From positions 89 through 64,088 of the forward strand of contig JBGCEK010000005.1 in the NCBI GenBank assembly GCA_045106275.1: 64,000 nucleotides of DNA, in the 5' to 3' direction. The position numbers and the translations under genes are program-made. Numbering within the stretch: position 1 is the stretch's first letter; each line of letters opens with the position of its first letter. The DNA comes from Pseudohongiellaceae bacterium (GTDB lineage: Bacteria > Pseudomonadota > Gammaproteobacteria > Pseudomonadales > Pseudohongiellaceae). Positions 38,299 through 46,600 of this stretch are shown here, piece by piece. The notes under the pieces are model-generated. The model was not told where the DNA came from. It did no database searches and saw nothing but the letters and a program-made list of their open reading frames with translations.

Positions 38299-39525
38299 CT
38301 ATTTAGTTGGCTGCTTTGAATTCGCCTGGTTTTCAGCAAGAGCCACCACTTCCTTAAGACGATCGGTTAGGGGCATATAATCGTTAACAAACTTCTCAGA
38401 CAATGCTGTTAGCTGATACCCAAAAGTTTGCAAGGCTTGGGTTAGCTCCTTTTCCATTGACTCATCCAACATCTGCATTTGTTGCTGAGTTTTGCTAGTC
38501 ATAGCTTCCACATGTTGAGCTAGTCCGCTATGAGCTTCTTTTACAGACTTTGCCAGATCCAAATTAACTTCCTCGACAGTGCCTGAAATATTAACCGCTG
38601 CTTGGCTAAGAACTTCTTGCAACACTTCGTTATTCTGCTCGATGCTTTTGCTTAGCTTCACGGTTAATTCTTCCACATAACTTCCTAGTGCTGGCAGCCC
38701 TTCTGTGGCTTGGCCAACCAGCCCAGACAGTCCAGAAAGATAACCCTCAAGACCACTGGTTTGACTCTCAAGCCCCTTTAGCAAATCACCTAACGAACTT
38801 GCTATAGCGTTAAATTCCTTAGAATGGGAGATCATCGCTTGGTAAGACTCACTGGCGTGATCTATAACTTTCAAACTAGATTCTTGCGCCTTCAACATAT
38901 CATTGAGCTGCGAGGAATAGCTTCGTTGCCATTCCAAAAGCTTGCCGAGCGATGCATTAAATTCTTTAAAGTTTTCGCCATACTGAACTTCAATTCGACT
39001 ATTGAATTCTGTCACCACCGCAGTCACTGCCGCTGTTAATGCGTCTGTGTTTGAATCCACAAGTTGAGACTGATAAGTTCTGTGCAAATCTAACATGGCC
39101 GCCGATTGCTGGGCGTTTTCCTGCCGTAGCGACGTAAAATTCTGGTTAAGTTCCTCCAGTGCTTCATGCAGCTGCTCTGCCCCTATTGAGCTTTCTGAGG
39201 AAGACTTTGCGTGGTTAATAGACTGAATGGCAAAGCGTAGACGAATACTTAAGGCACCTAGAATTCCGGTTATTGACGACCACACAGCCACACCAAGACC
39301 GTCAATCATCATCGGAACGCTGGTCTCAATATCAGCACTGTCGAACTGCATCAGTCCAAATGCTATGCCTAAAAAAGTGCCAAAGATTCCAAAGCTGGTC
39401 AGAATTGAAGGAGCATTCTTGATTGTTTGTAAGGAATAACTAGGACCATGGAAATAGCCTACAAGCAACAACATGAAGACAACTAGAATCCAGGTGATTG
39501 TAGTCAATTCGCCAAAACCTTCCAT
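38299..39525 (-). CDS. MotA/TolQ/ExbB-family channel protein with ~300-aa C-terminal helical tail (ZorA-like architecture)
   Basis: Three N-terminal TM helices carry the family signatures ILTSFGIFGTFLGIAFGL and GLGVAVWSSITGILGAL. Residues ~100-408 are Q/S/L/E-rich with very few prolines and look like extended helix/coiled coil. Confidence 0.75.
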   Translation of the reverse strand: MEGFGELTTITWILVVFMLLLVGYFHGPSYSLQTIKNAPSILTSFGIFGTFLGIAFGLMQFDSADIETSVPMMIDGLGVAVWSSITGILGALSIRLRFAIQSINHAKSSSESSIGAEQLHEALEELNQNFTSLRQENAQQSAAMLDLHRTYQSQLVDSNTDALTAAVTAVVTEFNSRIEVQYGENFKEFNASLGKLLEWQRSYSSQLNDMLKAQESSLKVIDHASESYQAMISHSKEFNAIASSLGDLLKGLESQTSGLEGYLSGLSGLVGQATEGLPALGSYVEELTVKLSKSIEQNNEVLQEVLSQAAVNISGTVEEVNLDLAKSVKEAHSGLAQHVEAMTSKTQQQMQMLDESMEKELTQALQTFGYQLTALSEKFVNDYMPLTDRLKEVVALAENQANSKQPTK

Positions 39526-39824
39526 AATCCCTGTATATCGCCCTTATAATTCGATTTTGTATTCATTGCCTCAGAACTGGTTAAACTGAGTGAACCGTTC
39601 GCAGCAGTTGACAGTATTCATCACTTCTATTGGAAGTCTATTGAAAGTGTTTCGATAGACTACCACAGGAGTAATCCGAGAACCGCCCCTTAGAATCTAG
39701 GTTGACAGGCATACCGCCTACGCCCAGACTGAGACTCATCCTCGCCAGCTTTCACCATTACTATCCGCGAAAATGGCAGCTAAATAAAGTTCAACAAAAC
39801 ACACTATTACAGAGAAACTTCGCC

Positions 39825-40358
39825 GTGTATTTCTTAGCTAGACTAGAAGAGACTGAACTGAGCACGGTCCTACGAGAATCTGGACTCGCCTTTTTTTCTT
39901 CGCTGAGCATTCACGCCGTTGCTATGGCCTTAGTGGTAGGAATAAATATTGCGATTAGCTTAACTATCTTAATGCAGCCTCCTAGATATAACCTCTCTAC
40001 TTTAATCAAATTCTTTCCGTTACATTGGCTCGGTGTCGCGTTAATTTTTATCTCCGGCATCGGGTTACTGCTGGCTTATCCTGCTAAAGCTTTAAGCAAT
40101 CCAGTTTTCTACCTCAAAGTAGTAGCTCTAATCTTAGGCCTCTGTATTGCTCGCCGCTTTGAGCGAACTTTTAACAAGCAGTTGAGCAGCCATTTAAGCA
40201 CTAACACCAAGGCAGAGAGTGAATCAGATCTGCCAGCCCCGTCTCAGCTCCTTCGACCCCTTGCGATAGCTAGCCTAGCGGTCTGGTTCATTACTATTAG
40301 TGCTGGCAGGTTTCTCGCCTATACCAACAGCATTTTACTCGCCTCTAGGCTTTACTGA
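39825..40358 (+). CDS. conserved multi-pass membrane protein (first of second pair; paralog of 6982-7509)
   Basis: SLSIHAVAMALVVGINIAISL aligns with QTIHILGIAVLMGTIVMLNL, and C-terminal SAGRFLAY with AGRWIAY. The ORF opens at TTG 39702. The in-frame GTG at 39825 gives a length comparable to the paralog, but the start is uncertain. Confidence 0.55.
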   Translation: MYFLARLEETELSTVLRESGLAFFSSLSIHAVAMALVVGINIAISLTILMQPPRYNLSTLIKFFPLHWLGVALIFISGIGLLLAYPAKALSNPVFYLKVVALILGLCIARRFERTFNKQLSSHLSTNTKAESESDLPAPSQLLRPLAIASLAVWFITISAGRFLAYTNSILLASRLY

Positions 40359-40366
40359 GACTCAAT

Positions 40367-40873
40367 GTGATAGAGCAGCTAAGCTATTTTTCGCAAATCA
40401 CCGGCATTTATGCGTTTATGAATACGCCTTGGGGTTGGCCAATAATCGAATCTCTACACTTTGTCGGGCTCTGTTTACTGTTTGGCACAGTGGGCGTTTT
40501 CGATTTAAGACTGCTAGGAATCGCGAGTGAAGTTTCCTACTACGAGCTTTCCCGACTTATTCCGTTTGGCGTCGCGGGCTATTTTATTAACGTGACTACA
40601 GGAATCATGTTTGTTTCTTCCGCTCCGGATCAATATCTCTACAACCCAGCCTTTCAAACTAAGTTGGTTTTAATGCTTTTTGCCGGCATCAATATGCTGG
40701 TATTTCATCGCTGGTTCAGTCAAACCGTATATGAAACGCCCCTATCTTCCCCCCTGCCCTCTAACGCAAAAGTAATTGGTGCACTATCGTTACTTGCGTG
40801 GACCGCTATCATAGTTTGCGGCCGCCTGATCACTTACTACCGCCCGCCCTATCATTGGTGCATTTGGTGCTGA
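40367..40873 (+). CDS. conserved multi-pass membrane protein (second of second pair; paralog of 7550-8050)
   Basis: See 7550-8050. GTG start 9 nt after the preceding stop. Confidence 0.6.
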   Translation: MIEQLSYFSQITGIYAFMNTPWGWPIIESLHFVGLCLLFGTVGVFDLRLLGIASEVSYYELSRLIPFGVAGYFINVTTGIMFVSSAPDQYLYNPAFQTKLVLMLFAGINMLVFHRWFSQTVYETPLSSPLPSNAKVIGALSLLAWTAIIVCGRLITYYRPPYHWCIWC

Positions 40874-40991
40874 TCGACGAAACCTAAGACCCTCGCAAAA
40901 CTAGACAGTGTACTGACGCTTCCGAGATTAGAGAGTTGAATTGTATAATCGAGTCCATTAGTCTGAGGCCGCTATTTCTCAGGACAGCAAC

Positions 40992-41762
40992 ATGCAACTT
41001 CGACAAGACTTCTCCCTCGGTATATTTACTATTCGAATCAACTGGCTCATCGCAGCGTGTGCGCTGATGACGTCTTTCACTTTCGGCTCGCTAGGTTTGT
41101 GGCAACTTGATCGAGCAGCGGAAAAAGTAGACGCTCAACGGGCCTTAGAAGAGCGCTTGGCAGTGAGCGCCGGACCGCTTGAAGAAATACCATCGGGCCA
41201 TCTTCATGCAGCAAACCCGGAGATGCAAAACCGGCATGTGTCTTTGAGCGGCGAATATATCAATGAAAAAACGGTGCTCGTGGTTGCTGAGTTTTTTGAA
41301 AGCCAAATTGGCTATGGGGTTGTTACTCCATTTCGCCTATCCAGCAATGGGCAGCTAGTCCTCGTTCACCGCGGCTGGACCACTGGCATTTTACCTCCAG
41401 GCGCCGAGCCGGATATTAGGCCTGTAGAGGGCCCGGTTTCGGTCACCGGTCAAATTTTTGTGCCAGATGGCAAAACTCGAGTGATTACCTCTGAGATAGA
41501 TGCTGGCCAATGGCCATTAAGGGTCAGAACTTTGGAAATTTCGGTAATGGAGGAGATACTGGGTGAGCCACTTTTTCCCTTTGAAGTTCGACTCACTGAC
41601 GCTCAAGCTGGCACACTCGTGCGCCACTGGCCAGCGGTGAATGTGAACGTTAATCAAAACCTTTCTTACTCCTTGCAATGGTTCAGCTTCGCTTTACTCG
41701 TACTGTTTGTCTGCCTCCTGGCAAGCAGCAATTTGTGGGCGATTATCAAGGGTGATGAATAA
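40992..41762 (+). CDS. SURF1 family protein (cytochrome oxidase assembly factor-like)
   Basis: Two terminal TM helices around a periplasmic domain. N-terminal SLGLWQLDRAAEK and C-terminal LSYSLQWFSFALLVLF match SURF1/Shy1 signatures. Confidence 0.8.
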   Translation: MQLRQDFSLGIFTIRINWLIAACALMTSFTFGSLGLWQLDRAAEKVDAQRALEERLAVSAGPLEEIPSGHLHAANPEMQNRHVSLSGEYINEKTVLVVAEFFESQIGYGVVTPFRLSSNGQLVLVHRGWTTGILPPGAEPDIRPVEGPVSVTGQIFVPDGKTRVITSEIDAGQWPLRVRTLEISVMEEILGEPLFPFEVRLTDAQAGTLVRHWPAVNVNVNQNLSYSLQWFSFALLVLFVCLLASSNLWAIIKGDE

Positions 41763-42013
41763 CCTCAAATCCCACCAACTTAAAGATAAAAGCGCTTTCA
41801 AAATCTAGTTATTGATTATCAAACACTCTGAGCTGCGCTCAACATTGATAAATACCCACTTCTCAGAACTCTATCCCTGATACTTTGTATTTTGACGCAA
41901 ACTAAGGGCCTAGAACGTTCAAAAATCTCCTGTTTAATGGTACAGTTCTGCCGGTTAAGCATCAGCAATTCAACAGAAAGTATTACAATTTTAGCGACGA
42001 GGAGAAGCGTTCA

Positions 42014-43471
42014 ATGCGCATTGTTTCTGGAAAATCTCTTATCAGTAGTGTGTTTGCACTAACCACTAGCTGGTTGTTAGCGGGCACAGTATCGGCCCAA
42101 TCATCAGATGTCACTTTTCACAAGGATATCGAACCAATTTTGCAGCGAAGCTGTCAAAACTGTCACCGAGATGGCGGTGCTGGCCCAATGCCTCTGATCA
42201 CTTATGATCAGGTGGCTCCTTATGCAGGCCTAATCGAATACAAAACGGGCTTACGAGATCGCGCCGGTGCCATGCCTCCTTGGTACATGGAAAAAAATAT
42301 TGGCATTCAGTCTTACAAGGACGATCCTTCATTGAGTGATGAAGAAATTGCCGCAATTTCCACGTGGGCTCGCTCAGGAACACCAAAAGGCGACGTCGCC
42401 GACGCGCCAGAGTCGTTGGTATTTGACGACAGTGTTAAATGGCAGGCAGGTCAACCTGACCTAGTTGTTGTTATGAACGACGTGACCAAGCTAGCTGGAA
42501 CACCAGACTGGTGGGGTGAGATTGATTACCGTCCAACGGGCCTCACCGAAGATCGCTACGTTAAGTCAGTTGAAGTGGTTGAAGTTAATGATGTAGACAA
42601 TCAGACTGGTACCGGCAGAGAAACAGTGGGTGGGCGCTATATTTTTCATCACATGATTTGGGGCACAGCCCAGCTCGACGAGAATGGAGAGCGTGCAGCC
42701 GGCCAAATCTCTACTCCTTGGCCAGTGCATGAAGTTGGCCGTAATGCAGATATCTTTGATGAAGACGCGGGCCGTCTGCTTAAAGCCGGCTCTTGGATTG
42801 TTTCAGACTCTGTTCACCTCCACTCAAACGGGCGAGATACTACCGGTCACTTGGAAGTGGGCTTTACCTTCCACGACAAAGACTACGAACCCAAATACCA
42901 AAATGCCTTCATCGGTTTAGGTAATGGGTCGGATATCAGCATCCAGGGAAACAAGAAAGACCAAGAGCTCCACGCTTACACCGTGCTTAACCAACATACT
43001 AAGGTCATTACCTTTGAACCTCACCTTCATGCACCGGGTGAACGTATGTGCCTAGAAGCAATTTGGGGTTATACGATTGAGACTTTGTCTTGCGTTGGCT
43101 ATGACCACAACTGGGTTCGTGGCTACCCTTATTCTGATGATGCAGCCCCTCTTCTTCCGAAGGGCACAATTCTTCATATCACAGGTTACATGAACAACAC
43201 TGACACTAACCCCAATGTTCCAGACCCCAGAAATTGGCAGGGCTCAGGCAATCGCTCTGTGACTAACATGTTTATCGATCTAGGTATTCGCGTCACGATG
43301 ACTGACGAGCAATTTGCCGAAGCCATGGAAGAACGCAGACAAACCCTAAATCTCGGTCCAAACGATCACGTTATTGGCTGCCCACTGTGCCTTGCGCCTC
43401 TGGTTGCGCCGATCGCTGAAGAAAGCGACAGTGACGACAAGGCCGGCAATGAAGTGGCTGCTAGGGACTAG
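42014..43471 (+). CDS. secreted cytochrome c domain fused to a PHM/DBH-like copper monooxygenase-type domain (putative)
   Basis: Signal peptide. Heme c site CQNCH lies in FHKDIEPILQRSCQNCHRDGGAGPMPL with a downstream AMPPWY. His/Met clusters are spaced as in copper type II ascorbate-dependent monooxygenases: IFHHMIWG, SVHLHSNG, PHLHAPGERM, and a late Met (TNMFIDLG). Confidence 0.55.
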   Translation: MRIVSGKSLISSVFALTTSWLLAGTVSAQSSDVTFHKDIEPILQRSCQNCHRDGGAGPMPLITYDQVAPYAGLIEYKTGLRDRAGAMPPWYMEKNIGIQSYKDDPSLSDEEIAAISTWARSGTPKGDVADAPESLVFDDSVKWQAGQPDLVVVMNDVTKLAGTPDWWGEIDYRPTGLTEDRYVKSVEVVEVNDVDNQTGTGRETVGGRYIFHHMIWGTAQLDENGERAAGQISTPWPVHEVGRNADIFDEDAGRLLKAGSWIVSDSVHLHSNGRDTTGHLEVGFTFHDKDYEPKYQNAFIGLGNGSDISIQGNKKDQELHAYTVLNQHTKVITFEPHLHAPGERMCLEAIWGYTIETLSCVGYDHNWVRGYPYSDDAAPLLPKGTILHITGYMNNTDTNPNVPDPRNWQGSGNRSVTNMFIDLGIRVTMTDEQFAEAMEERRQTLNLGPNDHVIGCPLCLAPLVAPIAEESDSDDKAGNEVAARD

Positions 43472-43478
43472 TTGATTG

Positions 43479-44408
43479 ATGAATGTGTTCACAAGAGAAT
43501 TTGACGCCAAAGCCTTGCTAGTGGCTGCGGCGTTAGCATTACTTGCCCCGCTGAGCGTTATGGCAGAGTCATATCAGACTGGCCAGCATGTGGAGCCCGC
43601 CTATGAAGGCTGGCGCCCCAACCCTGACGGCACTTTTAGCCTTATGTTTGGCTACATGAACGAAAACTGGCTAGAAGAACCAAACGTGCCAGTAGGCGCA
43701 GAGAACTTCTTTTCACCCGGAGATGCTGATCGCGGTCAGCCTACCCATTTTCTGCCTCGGCGTAATCGCTTCAATTTCGAAGTGGTAGTACCGGCAGATT
43801 GGGGAGACCGGGAATTAGTATGGACTCTCAATGTAAACGGTGTCGAGCGAAAGGCATACGCTACCCTGCAACAGGATTATCAGGTAGATAATATTGTCAT
43901 CGCCTCTGAAACTGGCTCGCTCGGAGCTGGCACAAGCAGCCCTGAATCACGTGCCAATATCCCTCCGGTAGTCACAGTTTTAGGGGATGCTATTCGAACT
44001 GTGCGAGTGGGCGAACCTTTAGAACTTCGTACCAGAGTTGAAGATGACGGTCTTCCTAAACCAAGACGGGAATCAACAACATCGGAACGCGCGTTAAAGG
44101 CTCGCATGATGCGGCCACCTACACGTATCACTGTCGGCAAGGTAAACGGATTATTCTTGTCATGGAATGTTTACCGGGGTGAAGGAGAAGTTACCTTCGA
44201 CCCACCGCTCCCGAAGCCTTGGGAAGATACCCGCACCTCTGCCAACTCTCCTTGGGGAGCTCTTTGGTTGCCACCCGAAATTCCAGAAGACGGAATCTAC
44301 GAAGTGACTGCAACATTCGATAAGCCGGGCACTTATATTTTATGGAGCAGAGCTGACGATGGCGGCCTATACCACGACGGCTACATCACAGTAAATGTCA
44401 CGGAATAA
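43479..44408 (+). CDS. hypothetical secreted protein, likely co-transcribed partner of 42014-43471
   Basis: Signal peptide (ALLAPLSVMAES). The start is 8 nt after the upstream stop (TTG at 43476 or ATG at 43479). No family recognised. Confidence 0.55.
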   Translation: MNVFTREFDAKALLVAAALALLAPLSVMAESYQTGQHVEPAYEGWRPNPDGTFSLMFGYMNENWLEEPNVPVGAENFFSPGDADRGQPTHFLPRRNRFNFEVVVPADWGDRELVWTLNVNGVERKAYATLQQDYQVDNIVIASETGSLGAGTSSPESRANIPPVVTVLGDAIRTVRVGEPLELRTRVEDDGLPKPRRESTTSERALKARMMRPPTRITVGKVNGLFLSWNVYRGEGEVTFDPPLPKPWEDTRTSANSPWGALWLPPEIPEDGIYEVTATFDKPGTYILWSRADDGGLYHDGYITVNVTE

Positions 44409-44439
44409 GCCATATTTCTAGCCATAGTGCTAATTTTAC

Positions 44440-44464
44440 AAAAAGGGGCGTAAGCCCCTTTTTT
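44440..44464. terminator. bidirectional Rho-independent terminator between convergent genes
   Basis: aaaaaGGGGC-gtaa-GCCCCtttttt: a 5-bp GC stem extended by A/T pairs, with a GNRA-like loop, a T-run on the plus strand and an A-run (T-run on the minus strand). Confidence 0.7.
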
Positions 44465-44497
44465 GTGGACGCTAACTTATCGCCTCAGGGGTTTAAA

Positions 44498-45064
44498 TTA
44501 TTCTGGTGGCTCAAGCTGAATAGTGAAAGGTGGGTCGAACTGAGGAGGCTCTGTTCCCAATATAATTTCTGTTCGGGGAGGTCTAACATAGCGAATAGTT
44601 GGATCACCGTAACGCTGCTGAAGTAACAGTTCATCCGCCGCCCGTGTTACCGAAGGCCGCTGGGCCTGTTCACCAAAGGCAAAGCTAAAACTGCCTTTTA
44701 CCAGCCTGTCATTAGCGGCGAGAACAGCCCAATCGGCAGTGTAGTAGGCAGATTCAGATAAAATTGGAAGTTGTAATGTATAATGTGTCTCCTGCACTGG
44801 GTCGTAGCGAAACTGAATATCTACCCATCCTCTGGACTCATCACGTAAGGTAAATTTAACCAAGCGAGCACGCTCAGGGAAATCCAAGCTAATGGACCCA
44901 GGGGCTGATTCAAGCACCGAATCATCCGCCGGAGCGGTTTCTGTTTTTTCTACAAATCCGGTAGTATCTGCGCTCACTTGATAAACAGTGGGGCTCGGCA
45001 CTTGTGCAGTCGCCACTGAAAGCCAACTTAAAGCAATGAGTGGGATTCGAATTTTATAAGACAT
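44498..45064 (-). CDS. secreted CopC-like (YobA/CopC fold) domain protein, divergent
   Basis: Signal peptide. SVLESAPGSISLDFPERARLVKFTLRDESRGWVDIQFRYDP...YYTADWAVLAANDRLVKGSFSFAFG has the CopC beta-sandwich pattern (...V.L.F...V....V.L......; W.V.S.DGH...G.F.F.V), but lacks the N-terminal His and the DGH motif. Confidence 0.5.
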   Translation of the reverse strand: MSYKIRIPLIALSWLSVATAQVPSPTVYQVSADTTGFVEKTETAPADDSVLESAPGSISLDFPERARLVKFTLRDESRGWVDIQFRYDPVQETHYTLQLPILSESAYYTADWAVLAANDRLVKGSFSFAFGEQAQRPSVTRAADELLLQQRYGDPTIRYVRPPRTEIILGTEPPQFDPPFTIQLEPPE

Positions 45065-45199
45065 TAATTCAGTCGCTTACAATTAAGACTCTATTTAAAA
45101 ATGCCAGGGACCACAACCTGAGATGCCCCTAATGATTCAGAAAGAATACCATAGACTTTAAGCTAATCAGAGACAGATAGTAGGGAAAACTACGCGGCT

Positions 45200-45997
45200 A
45201 TGTCAGATTCAAATTTTCAAGAAATACTCACAGAACTCTCCGACAATAAGTTAAACCAAGTGAACTTTGGGGAATCATGGTCCCAAGGTCGCGCCGCCTT
45301 TGGTGGCCTCGCTGCTGCATTTGCCACTCGCAGCATGACGAAGCTTCTTGAACGACCGGAACCCATCAGGTCGCTTATGGTCTCGTTTATTGGACCTTTG
45401 CCACCAGGGCAAGCGACTGTAGAGGCCGCCCTCCTTAGGCAGGGAAAGAACGTTACCCAAATGAGTGCTAATGTGTTTGGTGGAGACAAACTTTGCCTTC
45501 AGGCTATGGGTGTATTTGGCCAAGCTAGGGAGTCGCTTTCAGTACCTACACGCAACTGCTTTAAGCCTGTGGATAGAGCCAGCGGTATATCTTTTGCTCA
45601 AAATAGCAAAAGAATGCCCGCTTTTTTGCAGTACTTTGATGGCTGTTGGGTTAGCGAAGGCCTGCCCTTTTCAGGAAACCCTGCCGTCGAGTTAAATATG
45701 TGGGTTAAGCATCAGACCTGCGTCGACCAATACCCTATAGAAAAAATCGTGGCCATCGCAGACATGCCACCTCCATTGATTCTGTCTCATTTTACTGAAC
45801 CACCAGTACCTGCAAGCTCGTTAACGTGGTCATTAGAATTTCTTATTCCCCCAGAAGAAGTCAAAACTGATTGGTTCTATCTGGAATTTACAATTGAGGC
45901 TGCAGCAGATGGCTACACTCAGCAATCTGGAAAAATTTGGACAGAAGATGGAAAGCTTTGCGCTCTGTCTCGGCAATGCATGGTGTACTTTGGCTAA
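45200..45997 (+). CDS. acyl-CoA thioesterase (TesB-like double hot-dog family)
   Basis: GRAAFGGLAAAFATRSM and the overall 265-aa two-lobe layout resemble PF13622-type thioesterases. Confidence 0.6.
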   Translation: MSDSNFQEILTELSDNKLNQVNFGESWSQGRAAFGGLAAAFATRSMTKLLERPEPIRSLMVSFIGPLPPGQATVEAALLRQGKNVTQMSANVFGGDKLCLQAMGVFGQARESLSVPTRNCFKPVDRASGISFAQNSKRMPAFLQYFDGCWVSEGLPFSGNPAVELNMWVKHQTCVDQYPIEKIVAIADMPPPLILSHFTEPPVPASSLTWSLEFLIPPEEVKTDWFYLEFTIEAAADGYTQQSGKIWTEDGKLCALSRQCMVYFG

Positions 45998-46106
45998 CCT
46001 CTGAGGCGTTAAAATAGCTTTAAGCTTGAGACAAACCGTGAAGATTACCGGCTAAACATTCGGTTTCTTTCAGTACTCTCTCTGTAGATTTGATAGACTG
46101 TTTGTT

Positions 46107-46598
46107 ATGAACACAACATATTCAACAAACTTAAAAACTAGCAGTTTAGCAGCCATACTTAGCCTTCTGTGGTGCTTAAATGCCACCGCCCAACACAGTC
46201 ATGGCATTCTAACTCCCGGTGTAACTTTCCCCAAAGATGATTCAGTACTAAACGATTCACCCCGAATGATTACCATGAGTTTCAGAGTTGATGTAAAACT
46301 GTTGAAGCTGGCTCTTTTTACTGATGAAGGTGCTTGGATAAATATTGGTTTTCAATATGACCCCGCCCGACTTAGCCATAGTTTTGTATACCCTATTCAA
46401 GGAGATCTTCCTGAGGCGGATTTCTATGTGGCGCGCTGGTCGGTCACAGACAACGAAAGGCGCCTGCTCAACGGAGAGTTCAAATTTTCGTTCGGCCCTG
46501 GGGCTATACCACCTTCTGAAATCATTGAAAGCAGAGTCAGCAATAAAGAAGAAGTTCTGCCCTCAACAGGCGCGTATAGAACAGGGACGCAGGAATAG
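46107..46598 (+). CDS. secreted CopC-like domain protein, paralog of 44498-45064
   Basis: SVLNDSPRMITMSFRVDVKLLKLALFTDEGAWINIGFQYDP...FYVARWSVTDNERRLLNGEFKFSFG is collinear with the protein at 44498. The mature N-terminus (AQHSHG) contains His. Confidence 0.5.
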   Translation: MNTTYSTNLKTSSLAAILSLLWCLNATAQHSHGILTPGVTFPKDDSVLNDSPRMITMSFRVDVKLLKLALFTDEGAWINIGFQYDPARLSHSFVYPIQGDLPEADFYVARWSVTDNERRLLNGEFKFSFGPGAIPPSEIIESRVSNKEEVLPSTGAYRTGTQE

Positions 46599-46600
46599 CA

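Noticed and set aside
37588-39525. Reading the MotA/MotB-like pair as a flagellar stator, ExbBD or TolQR system
   Set aside because: The window has no flagellar, TonB, TolA/TolB/Pal genes. ExbD/TolR partners lack the OmpA-like domain seen here. MotA has a large cytoplasmic loop between TM2 and TM3 rather than a ~300-aa C-terminal helical tail. The idea is kept only as the null hypothesis in the main finding.
36988-39525. Compositional (GC) evidence for horizontal acquisition of the Zorya-like operon
   Set aside because: Hand counts of three 60-nt lines inside the operon gave 42-43% GC. Three lines in flanking genes gave 43%, 48% and 62%. The sample is far too small and overlapping to claim an island, and no integrase, tRNA or direct repeats flank the operon.
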